Assembly (NCBI GenBank): GCA_021432655.1 | Contig: MU271219.1 | Span: 1 to 64,000, forward strand | DNA length: 64,000 nt | Source: Atractiella rhizophila | Taxonomy: Eukaryota | Direction of reading: 5' to 3' | In this document: in pieces, positions 11,054 through 22,788 of the stretch | Layout of the letters: every line of letters starts with the position of its first letter | Position numbering within the stretch: position 1 is the stretch's first letter | The notes under the pieces: generated by a model | The model's database searches: none | Told to the model about the DNA's origin: nothing | Seen by the model: only the letters and a program-made list of their open reading frames with translations | Translations under genes and position numbers: made by a program

Positions 11054-13860
11054 TTAATTTGGTGGTCTGAAGAAGCCGCCCATCTGTCCTCCCATCCCAT
11101 TCCCCATCCCCATCCTCCCTTGCTGTTGCTGTTGATGTTGTTGTTGATGCAACTGAGCTCTTAAAAGATTCTGTACGCTCTGTTGCCCAACGGTGATCCC
11201 TCCCATTCCAGCAGGTCCAGGTCCCGGTCCAGGCGTCGATCCCCCTCCCGCTCCACCAGCGGCAGCGGCATTAGCGGCGTTCTGTCTCATGACTCTCATT
11301 TGATGTTGACTGACAAGCCTCCATAACGCAGTCATGTCTCCATTTGCTTGGGTCATCATTTGAGAGAACACCTGTGGATTCGAGGCACGGAAGGCATTAA
11401 TGACCGTTCCAATCTGATGCTGTCTGTTCGACCTGTCCTGGAGCGCGGCCAACTGTTGCGGATTTGAGGCCAACTGTGCTGCTAGAGCTGGATTAGAGCT
11501 TTGGAGCGCCGCCAAGCTAGCCTGTAGTGATCGATTCGCTCCACCTCCCGCCCCTCCTGCTGTGTTCACTCCTACACCTCCAGGTGTACCAGCCATCCTC
11601 GCCTGTTGAGCCTGAGCCTGAGCTTGAGCCTGAGCGGCGGCCTGGGCCATCCTCTGTCTTTGTTGCTGCTGGGCCAACGCGAGCCTCATTTGGCTCAACA
11701 TCTTCTCCACGTTCTTCCATCCTTCGCTCCCCTTCTCCGCAGTCGCCAACAGTGCCTCGAGTTTTGGGATAGATTCAGAAGGATTCTGCAAGTTTATGGA
11801 AGGAGCGCCGGAGGCGTTTTTGAAGATGGATGGTGGCGCACGGAGACCAGCCAGGGAGATGGACGGGGGAGGCTTCACCGCCACGCCATTAACAGCGGTG
11901 TTAGTCGGAGCTGCATTAGAAGAGGCGATGGGCAAGTGTAAAGTGCTTTGAGAGAGTGAAGGTGTGGGATGTCCGGATTGAGGAAGTGTAGAGGTCTGAG
12001 GACGTGTTGGTGGCCGAGGAATAGGTTTGGGAGATGAAGTGGAGGGCGGCGCGGCTGCGAGTGGGGCGGAGGGGAGCGCGGCAGAGGGAGGGGCGGATGC
12101 TCCATTTGTGGTGGTAGAGGGATGAGATTGGGCTGACTGCGCTGCGGATGGCATGAAGGGCTTCGGGTGCTCTTTCGCTGCTTTGAGCTTCTCGCGCACG
12201 TCGGAAGCCATGATAGCGTTCAGGAAGGCCCATCTGTTGACCCCATCTGACGCTCAGTCCTTCCAATCTCACATGGAAATGCCAGGAGAATGCATGGGAG
12301 AGAAGAACAAGAACGCACTGATACTTCTCTTCCTCCTCCTCCCCATCCTCCCCTCTCCGCCTCTTCTCCGCCCTTCTCTCCGCCTCCTCCATCCTCCTCC
12401 TCTTCTTAGCCTTTCCCTTCCCCACTCTCCGCTCTCCCTCCACCCCTTCCTCTTCCTTCCACTTCGACCTTCCTAACGCCCAATTCGCCGCCCTCGCCAG
12501 GCTAGGATCCGGATCCAAACACACCGGCGTGGAGGTCAAGTTCAAGATGGCCTTCTCGATCTCGAGCGACAGCAGACTATTGTCCATTGTCGCCGCATTG
12601 CCGTTACCGGAGAGGCTATGCGCCATCTCTGGATCGGAGAGGAGACGCGTGAGGTCTTGATGCAGTGTCAGGGAGGAGGTGGAGACGAGGACCCGTTCCC
12701 GTTTCTGCTTCGGAGGGGCGGAGGGTGCTGCTCCTCCTGTCGTGAGCGCATTGACAGTGACGGGATGGTCGGAAGCTGAAGTGGAGGCGAGGGGCTTGGA
12801 CGGTGGCGGGAGCCGGATGAATCTGTCCTTTGGGAGCGGTCGGGGCTGAGGTCTACTTCTGCCTGCCGCTGTCGTCGGTGGCGGATGGGAGTTTCCGTCT
12901 ACGCTAGACAGGGTGGGCAGTTGTTCGGATTCTGCTTCGTTTGGATGGGAGGACGAGGGATCATCAAGGGAGGAAGAAGAGGTGGAGGGTGACGAAGAGT
13001 CGAGGTCTTGCACTATCTCTACTAGCAGACAACCGTCATAGAAGTTGATACCCATGGCGTCGAGAAGCGGGACGAAGGCGGGAGAGATTACTTGGTTTCT
13101 GATGTCTTGGATCAGTTGCTGTCCATGCATTAGCGTCAGCATCCGTGCCCAAGACAAGAGGGAAGACACACCTTCATTGGCCCGTCCTTCATGAGGTGGG
13201 GAGAATCGTATTTCTGATCTCCCACCTTGAATCCAGTCAGCATTGCCACCCCGTTTTCAATACTCTATAGTGATAAATGGTCACAGATGCATGGTGAAAT
13301 ATCATTGCGGTCTGAACGGTGGAGAAGAAGCATCACAGTACAGAAAAACAAGCACATGGAACAAAAAGGAGCGGGAAGGACATACATAGTGCTCTATCCG
13401 AAAGTATTTGGGGTATATGTAGAGGTAAAAGCTAGGGCGAGTTTTGGATTTATCGATCTGATTGCCAATGGCTGTCGTCAACCTGTTCCACACCACATCG
13501 TCAGCATCTACTTCAAACAAAGAGTAATATTCATGAGATGAGATATATCGTGAGAGAATTATGAAGGTGATCACTAGCGAAAGTTCATGTTCATAAGGAG
13601 ACAATGGGGAAAACACTAACCCTCGGAGGTTGTATGCATTCTTATAGTGCTTCTATCCAGAAAATCAGTGTAGGACCCCAACTGCTATGCAGCGACACCT
13701 ACCATCTCCACTCACAACTCTCCTTCCAGATACCCTCGTCACCAGCTTCGCCGACCCTTGCTATCCTGCAACCGTCGATCCCGCTTTTCCGCCCACTTTT
13801 CTTCTTGTTCAGTGGCGTACAGCGACTGTAGATGAGGCTATCTATGAGACTCGGTCGCAT
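11054..13860 (-). CDS. SPT20: Spt20-like SAGA complex subunit (SEP domain plus Q/G-rich tail), copy 1; start uncertain
   Basis: Spliced NAYNL...PSFYLYIYPKYFRIEHY...GPMKQLIQDIRNQVISPAFVPLLDAMGINFYDGCLLVEIVQD...LEIEKAILNLTSTPVCLDPDP matches the Spt20 motifs (FYDGCLxVE; LCLDPxP). The C-terminus is poly-Q-rich. Confidence 0.75.
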
Positions 13861-14428
13861 GTTATAGTCATGAACAGTTTCCAACTCGTCTCGCCGGCTC
13901 TCGCATTCTTCCCTTCTTCGTGCTGTTTTTCAAATTCACGTGATTCTCAGCGTTCGTAGTACGGTAGTAATTCTCAATGTGATCATAAGTTCATCGTTAG
14001 CTGCCTTGAAGGCATCTTTTGGGACCGAAAGTGTCACTATTTGGTGTAACAAGCGGGGAAGTCTAGAAGGGTTCTTATTTAAATTTTACAGTGCTGAAAC
14101 AACTGGGGCTAGCAGATGGAAATCACAACAGATGTCATTTAAGTCACGAACAGACGTGACCTGAAATGTACATCGGACGTATACCAATTATATCTCAGAA
14201 ATGGTTCCAAGCGACGAGAGGATGTCAATATCGCTGAGCTATTTGAGTGAAACAGAACGCGATGAAAAAACCATGAACCCGAAGTGAGAAGTAAGTAACC
14301 AGTATGACAGAGAGCAGTTGAATAGAAACCGACATCTATGCGACTGATAATTGATAACAGGTCTCAGGAACATAACCCTTTCAATCCAATCGCTGAAGTG
14401 AAAGCTTGCCTCCTCCATGTAATTGAGA

Positions 14429-17400
14429 TTAGTGATATTTGTAGTCGCTGCTCGGCTTGTAGAAAACTTCAATGCTCCCAATTTGGTTGCTACTTGGCTT
14501 GTCGTATCCTTGATCGCTAGTAGTTGCTGCGTCTTGCTCTTGGTGAGATCGAGAGGGGTCGAAAAGAAGATCCAGATTATCCATGACGGCCTCAACCATT
14601 TCCATGGGGTTGCAGTTATGAGCAACACACTATCTCTCCGTTTAGCATCGTTATTCAGACTAGGAGGAGCCCACATCGAGGTACACGGCCCCAATGATAG
14701 CCTGGACCAAATCTGCACATAAACGTGGCGGCAAAGTTGGCATATGACGATAATATGCGAGTTCATCGAGCTTGTACCTCATACATGCTGACGCTAGGGG
14801 AGCCTGACTCAGGCGGCCCTGGATGGTTTCAACATGTGTTTCTGTAATTAACCCATTACAAAATGGTGAGAAAGAAGTTGAGAGACGCACTCCCATCGTC
14901 ACCCAGGCCGGCACGGTGAAGGACCTACAAAGAATGAGTGTTTCAATTGTCGTGGAATCAATACAAACCGCCGTTTGAACCGTTTTCATTGCCAAATCAC
15001 CCAGACTGTAGACGATTTGAGTTAGCGGATAGCTTCTCACTCACGCAAAGATCGTACCGTGCAAGCCCTCCGTTTGAGCGTTCAGCTTCAGAATAACTTC
15101 GATGTGTGATTGCGGTGATCCACAGGTGGTCGTTCTGTCGCTCAATAGGATATCCGATGATTTCGCTTAATTGCCGTAAGCGCTCTTCTACTTCGAGGCA
15201 TCACGTATCATGTGGAGGCATGTCACTGTATTGATTCTGTGCAAAGAAACCTGAGCATCCTCACCAAGCTGGCTCCGTCCTCGCGTGTCGAAGGAGGTGT
15301 ACCCGCCAACGTTGTGACGAACCGTGGGTCTATCAACGAAGCTATCAAACTTTGCGCTTCTCATAGAATAAAAGAGAAATCCCACGTCAACCATGGACTG
15401 TCGGGTCCTTGCTGTGTGTCAGGAAATGTCGATGGGCCCGAACTGTGCATAGCGGTGTCAATTATCTGCTTCGTATCCTGTTCCGAGTTCTCGTCCAATA
15501 ACTCTTCCCCGCGTGGTGATTCGATGGGGAAGTTCAAGGTCAGTACTACAAAGAACAAACATTATCACTCATTCAAGTAAGTGGAAGGGAGTGAGATCAC
15601 CTTGGTCTTCCTTTTCCATGCAGTCAGCGCACGATTGTAGCAGCTCCATCGCTTTTTGAATTGTCCATTCCTCATATTCAAAGGTCCAAAGAGCCTACCA
15701 CTCGCATCAGTCACCATGATATCATTGTGCAGGCAACATACCTTTCGACAGAGAGAATGCACGTCGTTGTCCGAGGCAATAGCAACTTCGGCATCAGGAC
15801 GCAACTGTTGGGATTCATGAGTGGAAGGAAGCTTTCTGAACAGAACTACAGACTATCAACATAGCGTCAAGAAGAACGTCAAGAGGATCTGGAACCTAAT
15901 AAGAATTAATGGAATCGCAAGGACTGAATGAAGTGGCACGCACCGGTCTTTCCCTTGATTCATCTGTGCAAATTTCATCTACGCTTTTATCTCGAGATCT
16001 TTCGGATGGCGATGGTGGTCTTGAGCCACCGGCTTTTAGCAAGCGAGGTAACAGTCTACCCTTGAAAGTGACTCTGCTAATAAACAATGTTTGATCCCCA
16101 ACTTCGAGGCCATTCTCCTTGGGAAGGTTTCTGGGAATCGAGAAGACTCCTTTCCCTGTGACGCGATAAGAAGACGATTTTTGAGCGTTCATCCCACTAA
16201 ACATTGATTGATCCCCGACTTTGAGGCCAGGATTGCTCGGAAGGCTCTTGGGAATAGAGAAGATTCCGTTCCCTGCGACTTGGTCAGAACAAGCTTCCGG
16301 AGCTGCGTACTGCAAACGAACGTGGTTCATGCGTGGTAGGTCCAGTCAACACGGATGGTCCTGAGATATTGCCATAATCACGACTTAACTCGAACCCGGC
16401 AGGTTGAACCCGCACATTAAGACCAAAGCTACTCCCAGACTGATGAAACACGGCATGGAGCCAGTCGCGTGATTTAATGACCCCCGTGATCAGGCACAAA
16501 TTTTTCTCCTCTTCAAAGCGAAATTCCGTGCGTAAATCGTCTTCGAGCACCGTCTTGTAGTATTGTTTGAAGTATCGAACCGCAAGCGGCTGATGAGTGA
16601 CGGCGAAACGAAGGGGATTTGATTTAGTGGCGAGGACTGCAGCATGCTGGGACTGATTGCAATATTGGAGTTCAAAACTAAGGGAAGGGTTGATCGGGCT
16701 GTAACACCTTTTAGTAACACTTGAAGTAGCGGAGATGGGCAATGCACGGTGGGGAAGAAGCGTTGATCTTAATGGTCGCAGAGCCAAATTTACCTCTCTG
16801 GAGCGGCATCTGGTAGCACCAGGCGGCGCCTCTTGGGGAATAGCTCAGCGGAGGGTCGTCTGGGCATAAGAAGTCCTCCACGTTTCGCGAAAATTTGAAG
16901 GTGCCGTTGGCGCAGTATCCGAAATCTCCAATGCGCCATTCACCACCTCGGCCTTGACTTCTGCCTGAAGTACGAGGAGGTGGGGCAAGCGACGGAGTAG
17001 TACCTAGGAGCCAACGGGCGAAAGAACTACTCCCTAAGCGACTACCAAAATACGGTTGAATGACCGGACTAGCAACACCTGTGTCATGTGGAAATCACGG
17101 CAGAAGAATGACTTCAGTAAGTGAAAGCAAGGAATGAGGAATCATAGTACCTGAATCCTCCACAATGATAGACGGATCTTGCGCGAAAGGGGCATTTGAG
17201 GTCGTAGTTGAAGGACATGAATCACGGTTTTCTTCTTGGGTAGAGGAGCGACGATCAGCCGTGCTAGCAGAGATCCCTGATGTCCCAGTCCCAGGTGTGG
17301 AGATTGGGGGATTTCCGCTTATTGGCGGTGGCCCGACTGGATCATCTTCAGTGTAGGACGGGTTGTAGATGGGCCAGTGGAGCAACGAGTCGTACATGAG

Positions 17401-17433
17401 GGTTTCATAGATATGGTGAGGTTCGTAAGACAT
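14429..17433 (-). CDS. Gene A: putative gasdermin-like N-terminal domain followed by an RNase III-like domain (multi-exon; the fusion splice is inferred)
   Basis: MSYEPHHIYETLMYDSLLHWPIYNP...WRIGDFGYCANGTFKFSRNV...LCLITGVIKSRDW...DQTLFISRVTFKGR...DPLDVLLDAML|LRPDAEVAIASDND. Then EERLRQLSEIIGY...ITAITHRSYSEAERSNGGLARLGDLAM...LCADLVQAIIGAVYLD|CVAHN...YKYH* (stop 14429-14431). Confidence 0.7.
14660..15190 (-). other. RNase III-like domain exons
   Basis: Signature motifs AITHRSY, NGGLARLGD (split by a GTACGA...CAG intron), SQAPLA and ADLVQAIIGAVYLD. Confidence 0.85.
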
Positions 17434-17499
17434 GACATGCACGACGGTTCAAGTTGCTGGTTCAAGCTTGGAACTGAGGTTTTGCAGACTTAGAGAGGG

Positions 17500-17700
17500 A
17501 CTTCCCTCCCCAACATCTGGTGAGGGTTATATGCAAAACGCAAAACATATCCCAGACTGACGGTGTGAACGCGGTACCACACCCGTACGCAACATCGTCT
17601 GAACGTATCCCGCAGGAAAACTTCACATTGAGCACTTGGAAATCGGAATCATGAAGGGGAAGCGAACTCATTCCTTCCTGGATGAAGCTCTGCTTCGTCT
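17500..17700 (-). pseudogene. Truncated N-terminal fragment of the zinc-finger-module gene family
   Basis: Plus-strand 17600-17661 (ctgaacgtatcccgcaggaaaactt...catgaaggggaa) resembles 19698-19758. Sequence around 17520-17540 resembles 19600-19620 and 18520-18540. Confidence 0.45.
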
Positions 17701-17945
17701 CCATCTGCTGCGGCTTTTCCGCCCTTTGACTGAACCTGATGTTAGCTTTCTTCCAGTTGGGCTCTCGACGTTGACTCGACGAAATGTGATAGGCAACAAT
17801 GTCATTATATACTTACTCCAACTCTTATTTAGTAGGCGTTCCAGTTACTAAGTATCCATTGCTGGCAGCTTCGCTAATTCAGCAGTCAAACCCTCAGAAG
17901 CATCATGATTCAAGCCTTTGTGAATAGTAAGCCATTTGTGCATGT

Positions 17946-18644
17946 TCACCTGGACCTTCTTCCCTTCCAAAGTAGACACAACTTCCTCAAGGGATCCTGG
18001 GGACTTCTGAATTGACAAGTGGATACATGACGGAAAACTGTATTCTATGGCTGAGTTTGGCTCGAGGAGGATGTTAAACGCGTACTTTCGTCAGGATTCT
18101 TTCCGCCAAATCTCCAAGAGCAAGGGGATGGGCATTCCTGACCTACTCAGATGATTAGTCCCCCTCAGAGACACGTCATCCGAACAGTACACTGCAGCCA
18201 TAGTTTGGGAGTGGAATCTATGGAAGGCAGAATCTCCTTCCCGCTGGAGTCCAGAACAATTTTATAAGTTCCAGGAGGGAAGAACACGGCATCTTCCAGT
18301 GTGAGACCCGTCCTGTCTCAGTCAGCTTAGAGTATGCGGTAATGGGACAAAACTTACGCTTTTAGGAGAAAATACTCATCGCTCGCTGGGAAGTCAAGTT
18401 CCTTGAAGAAGTAAAAGTTTCTTGCGTTCCTATTCATGAGGGTTGCAGTTTCGAAGCTCGGAGGTAGCGATGCAAAGCCCAGACCTGGAAGACAGGGAAC
18501 GCGAATTTCCTCTCCGGCATCTCGTGCGCTATATATGCAGAAGAGAAACGCATCCAAGATGGAGAGTTTGGATGGCCTCGGCGCGAAAGAGTCCTCTAAA
18601 CGTATCTCGTCGTCTAAGTAAAGTCTCCAATAAGACTTGCGCAT
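17946..18644 (-). CDS. Stand-alone C2HC zinc-finger-module protein, copy D (5' end uncertain)
   Basis: NFYFFKELDFPASDEYFLLKA|TGLTLEDAVFFPPGTYKIVLDSSGKEILPS...LWLQ|CQECPSPCSWRFGGKNPDE|IFRHVSTCQFRSPQDPLRKLCLLWKGRRSR*. Three GT-AG introns sit at conserved positions and the frame is open. Confidence 0.7.
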
Positions 18645-19005
18645 GAATGAACGGCACCAACAACTTTCTGTCGCCTTGCTGGAAGGTGTTGGCGAGATGC
18701 TGATGCGAACGTTGACGTTGCCATCAAGTGGTTCTGTCCATCTGAGAGAAATAGTACATCTTAGTCAGCCACGGGGCACGAACAGAAGGCAGGCTGGTCA
18801 ACAGGAGGTCACAGAGCGCGAAGTCTAGGCTTTCACTACACAACTTCGAAGTCGAGACGTTCAATTTCTCGGCGACAGATGAAATCGTGTTTGGGACGTA
18901 CCGGAGCTACCCTCCCCGCTAAGAAGGACGTATTCTGAATTGTGCCGATTACATCCAAAATGTGATTGCATTACAATGTATCAAGAACAACAGACCCAAT
19001 TGGAT

Positions 19006-19710
19006 TCAATTTCTGGATCTCTTGGCCCTCCATAGGGTACACAATTTCTTCAAGGGATCACTGTAATTTCTGAACTTACAAGTCGAGACGTGCAGAATAA
19101 CTGTGCTCGGTGGCTGAGTTTCCCTCGAGGTAGACGTCAAATACGTACTTTCATGAGCCTGCTTTCCTTTGAATATCCAAGTGCAAGGGGATGGACATTG
19201 TTGACCTGGTCGCAACGTTAGTCCTCGGTCAGACAGTGTGTTAGAACAGTACCTTGCAACCACAGCTTGTGGTTGGCGCTTGCGAACTCCGGTGACGGCA
19301 GAATCTCCTTGCCGCTGGAGTCGAGAACGACGTGATACGTTCCAGGTTGGAAATACACGAAGTTTTCCTGGATTTGACCCTTACTATGTCTCATTCAGCG
19401 CAAAGCATGAGGTAATGGGATCCAAACTCACCTATGTAGGAGAAAATATTCATCACTCGCTGGGGAGTCAAGTTTGTCCCAGAAGTGAAAGTTTCTTCCC
19501 ATTGTATTCATGACCATTGCAGTTTCGAAGCTCGAAAGCAGGGGATGCAGAAAATGTGCTGACGTCGAAGGCAGGGAGAGCGAATTCTTTCTCGAGTATC
19601 TCGTGCGGGTTATATGTAAAAAAGGAAACCCATCAAGAGTACGGACAGTTTGGACCGTGTGAACAGCGCCTTCGTTGTAGCCCATAGTCAGCACTGTCTG
19701 AAGGTATCCT
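19006..19710 (-). CDS. Stand-alone C2HC zinc-finger-module protein, copy C (5' end uncertain)
   Basis: NFHFWDKLDSPASDEYFLLH|SKGQIQENFVYFQPGTYHVVLDSSGKEILPS...LWLQ|GQQCPSPCTWIFKGKQAHE|IILHVSTCKFRNYSDPLKKLCTLWRAKRSRN*. Confidence 0.7.
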
Positions 19711-20044
19711 GTAGGAAAACTTGAGATCTAGCACTTTTGAATAGTGCATGAAGGGGAATTGACGTTTTCCGGGTTACGTTGGTCAGATCGTGCTGATGTG
19801 TTACTAGGAGCTCTGTCCTCTTATTGCATCTTGATCAGCCAACAGTTTGTTGTGGGACCGGAAGACACACAAACAGGAGATGCACGAGTGAGATCACCAT
19901 CAAGCCTCAAGTCAACGTCTTGGATTTCACTTCACAGTTTCAATGCAGATAATCAAGCATCCTGCCTTTAGGACCTACTCCAATAGTGATTGCAGATGTG
20001 GTAGAATACAATCGCGAAAACAATTTCATTAGCCCATTCCACGT

Positions 20045-22438
20045 TCAACTTCTGATCCTTTGTGCCTTCCATACCGTACACAATTTATTCAGTGGGTCAT
20101 TAGTGTTTCTGAACTTGCAAGTCAAGACGTGATCAAAAACTGCTCGATGGCTTAGTTTCGCTTTCGCTCGAGGTAGACATTAAATGCGTACTTTCAGAAT
20201 CCTGCTTTCCTTTGAATCTCCAGCTGCAAGGGGATGCACATTTTTGGGCTGTTCTCAACATTACCCTTCATCAGAGACAGCTTATGAGAGCAGTACCTTG
20301 CAGCCAGATGTGGGGTTTCGACTTTAACGAGGGCAGAATCTCCTTCCCATCAGAGTTGTGTACGACATTATACGTTCTCGTATCGAAGAATACCGATGCT
20401 TCCAGGATGTTACCTTTGCTGTGTTTCACAGTCAGCCTTATTATCTGATGGAGCCCGAAAACTTACGCCTTTAGCTGAAAATAGTCATGGCACACAGGGC
20501 CGTCAACTCCTTCGAAGAAGAATAGAGTTCTTGGTTCAGCATTGTTTCCAGGTTTGGGCCATGTAACGAGGTCGAACGTTGTCGCATGGGAGCCATTCAG
20601 CTCTCCCTCCGTCGGTCCCTTTCGTTCATGTGTTCCCTCAGGGAGGACAGTAGATGGGGGTCGACGGTGAGCTCCGTAATTTGTCTTCCGTTTCCTGCAT
20701 GGGTGTTTACTGTCTTCTTCATGATGCACCTCACGGTAGGAACAGTTGCTCTCAGTGTCGATAGCATCGTCATCCAAGAAGGATGGAAACCGGAGCGATT
20801 CGTTGAAGGCTGGAGAATTGACGAATGGGATACTATGAATGGAAGGTTGTAGGTATTGAAAGTCTTCCCCTAGTGATATATCCATTGTGACATCTGCTAA
20901 TTCGTTGGAGAAGTTCAGGGTCAGGACTACAAAGGCATATCAGAATTACCCTTCAAATTGGGCGAGGTGGCACATTACCTTGCTCTTCCTCTTCGATGCA
21001 CTCAGCACAAGTTTGAAGCAGCTCAATCGCTTTCTGAGTTGTCCATTCTATATATTGGAAGTTCCAGAGAGCCTGGTACTCGCATCGAGAACTGAATATC
21101 ATTGTACAGCTGCATACCTTTTGACAAAGAGCACCCAAATCGTTGTCAGAAGCAATAGCAGCTTCAGCATCGGGACGCAACTGTAGGAGGTCATGAGTGC
21201 ATGCGCTTGGTTGGAAAGAAGTCAGCACCGTCAACATGGCCTCAAGAAGAACGTCTAGCGGGTCGGGAAACTACTAGAAATCAGTGTGGCACTAGATGCA
21301 ATTAAAAAGAGACACATACCAGCCTTTCAGTAGACTCATCGCAAGAAACTTCATCGACGCCTTCCTCTGGAGGTCTCTCCGATGGAGATGGTGGTCTCGA
21401 GCCGCCTGCTTTCAGCAAGCGATGTATCAGTCTACCCTTGAAAGTGATTCTGCTAATAAACAATGTTTGATCCCCGACTTCGAGGCCATTCTCCTTGGGA
21501 AGGCTTCTGGGGATCGAGAAGACTCCTTTCCCTGCGACATGGGTAAGAGCACGATTTTTGAGCGTTCATACTGTAAACGAACGTGGTTTATGCGTGGTGG
21601 GTCCAGTCAACACCGATGGTCCTGAGATATTACCATAATCACGACGTAGCTGGAAGCCGGCAGGTTGAACTCCTACGTTAAGACCAAAGCTACTCCCAGA
21701 CTGATGAAACACGGCATGAAGCCAATCCTGTGATTTGATGACACCGGTGATCATGCACAGATTCTTCTCCTCCTCAAAACGGAATTCGGCCCGTAAATCA
21801 TCCTCGAGCACCGTCTTGTAGTATTGTTTGAAGTATCGAACTGCAAGCGGCTGGTGTGTGACGGCGAAGCGAAGCGGGTTCGACTTTGTGGCTAAGATAG
21901 CTGCGTGTTGGGATTGATTGTAGTACTGCAGCTCAAAGCTAGGAGCAGGACCCATGGAACTATTGACACCTGTAAGACAGCCAAAGGGGCAAAGAGAGGC
22001 AACGCACACTGGGGAGGTAGCATTTATCCCAACTGTACTGGAGCCGAACCTCCACTTCTGAACAGGAAACTGGCAACACCAGGGTGAACCTCTCAGAGAA
22101 TAGTTGAGCGGCGTGTCGTCCGCGCTCAAGAAGTCCTCAACGTTTCGCGAAAATCGAAAGGTGCCATTGCCGCAATATCCAAAATCACCAATGCGCCATT
22201 CACCACCTCTGCCTCGCGTCCTGAGAGAAGAGCGAGGTGCGGTTGCCGCAGAAGGCGTACGTCGGCGCGGACGACGTAGGCGATGGAGCAAGGATGGTCG
22301 AGGGGAGGGAGCAGCCACGCCTGTCGTTGAGGGAGGGACCAGTCCTTCATCGTCTGTGTAGGTGGGATAGTAGATGGGCCAATGAAGCACGGAGTCGTAC
22401 ATGAGAGTCTCGTAGATGTAACGGGCTTCGTACGACAT
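20045..22438 (-). CDS. Gene B: putative gasdermin-like N-terminal domain fused to a C2HC zinc-finger module (multi-exon, apparently intact)
   Basis: The N-terminal domain and intron positions match gene A through ...IEEEEQ|VLTLNF. An unrelated linker follows, then TLFFFEGVDGPVCHDYFQLKA|KGNILEASVFFDTRTYNVVHNSDGKEILPS...WLQ|AQKCASPCSWRFKGKQDSE|IFDHVLTCKFRNTNDPLNKLCTVWKAQRIRS*. Confidence 0.75.
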
Positions 22439-22788
22439 GTCTGCTTGCAGTTTTGAACCTTGACGTGGATTGCAGCTGAAGAATCAAGACATAGAGAAGG
22501 ATTCTCTCACGCAAATCTCGTTATATGAAAGGAATTGCAACGAGAGGGCAAGAAGGCAGAAAGATGACAATATGTCAACTCCTCTTCGTTGACCGCGTCT
22601 AAATGATCTGTTATCAAACCTCTCAATCAAGATGAATTGGCGCCCATCCTCCACATGCAGGTCGAGAGCAAACATTTTCGTGATTGCTGGAAACAGCGAC
22701 GATAAGGTGGCTCCAGGACCAAACTTGCACAAAGCATTGTGGACGCGGCGGAGGTGCCCTGGTTACAATTGCCGGGCCGTCAAGACTA

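Noticed and set aside
14429..22438. Dicer gene
   Set aside because: Only one RNase III-like domain is present; no helicase, PAZ or second RNase III motifs were found.
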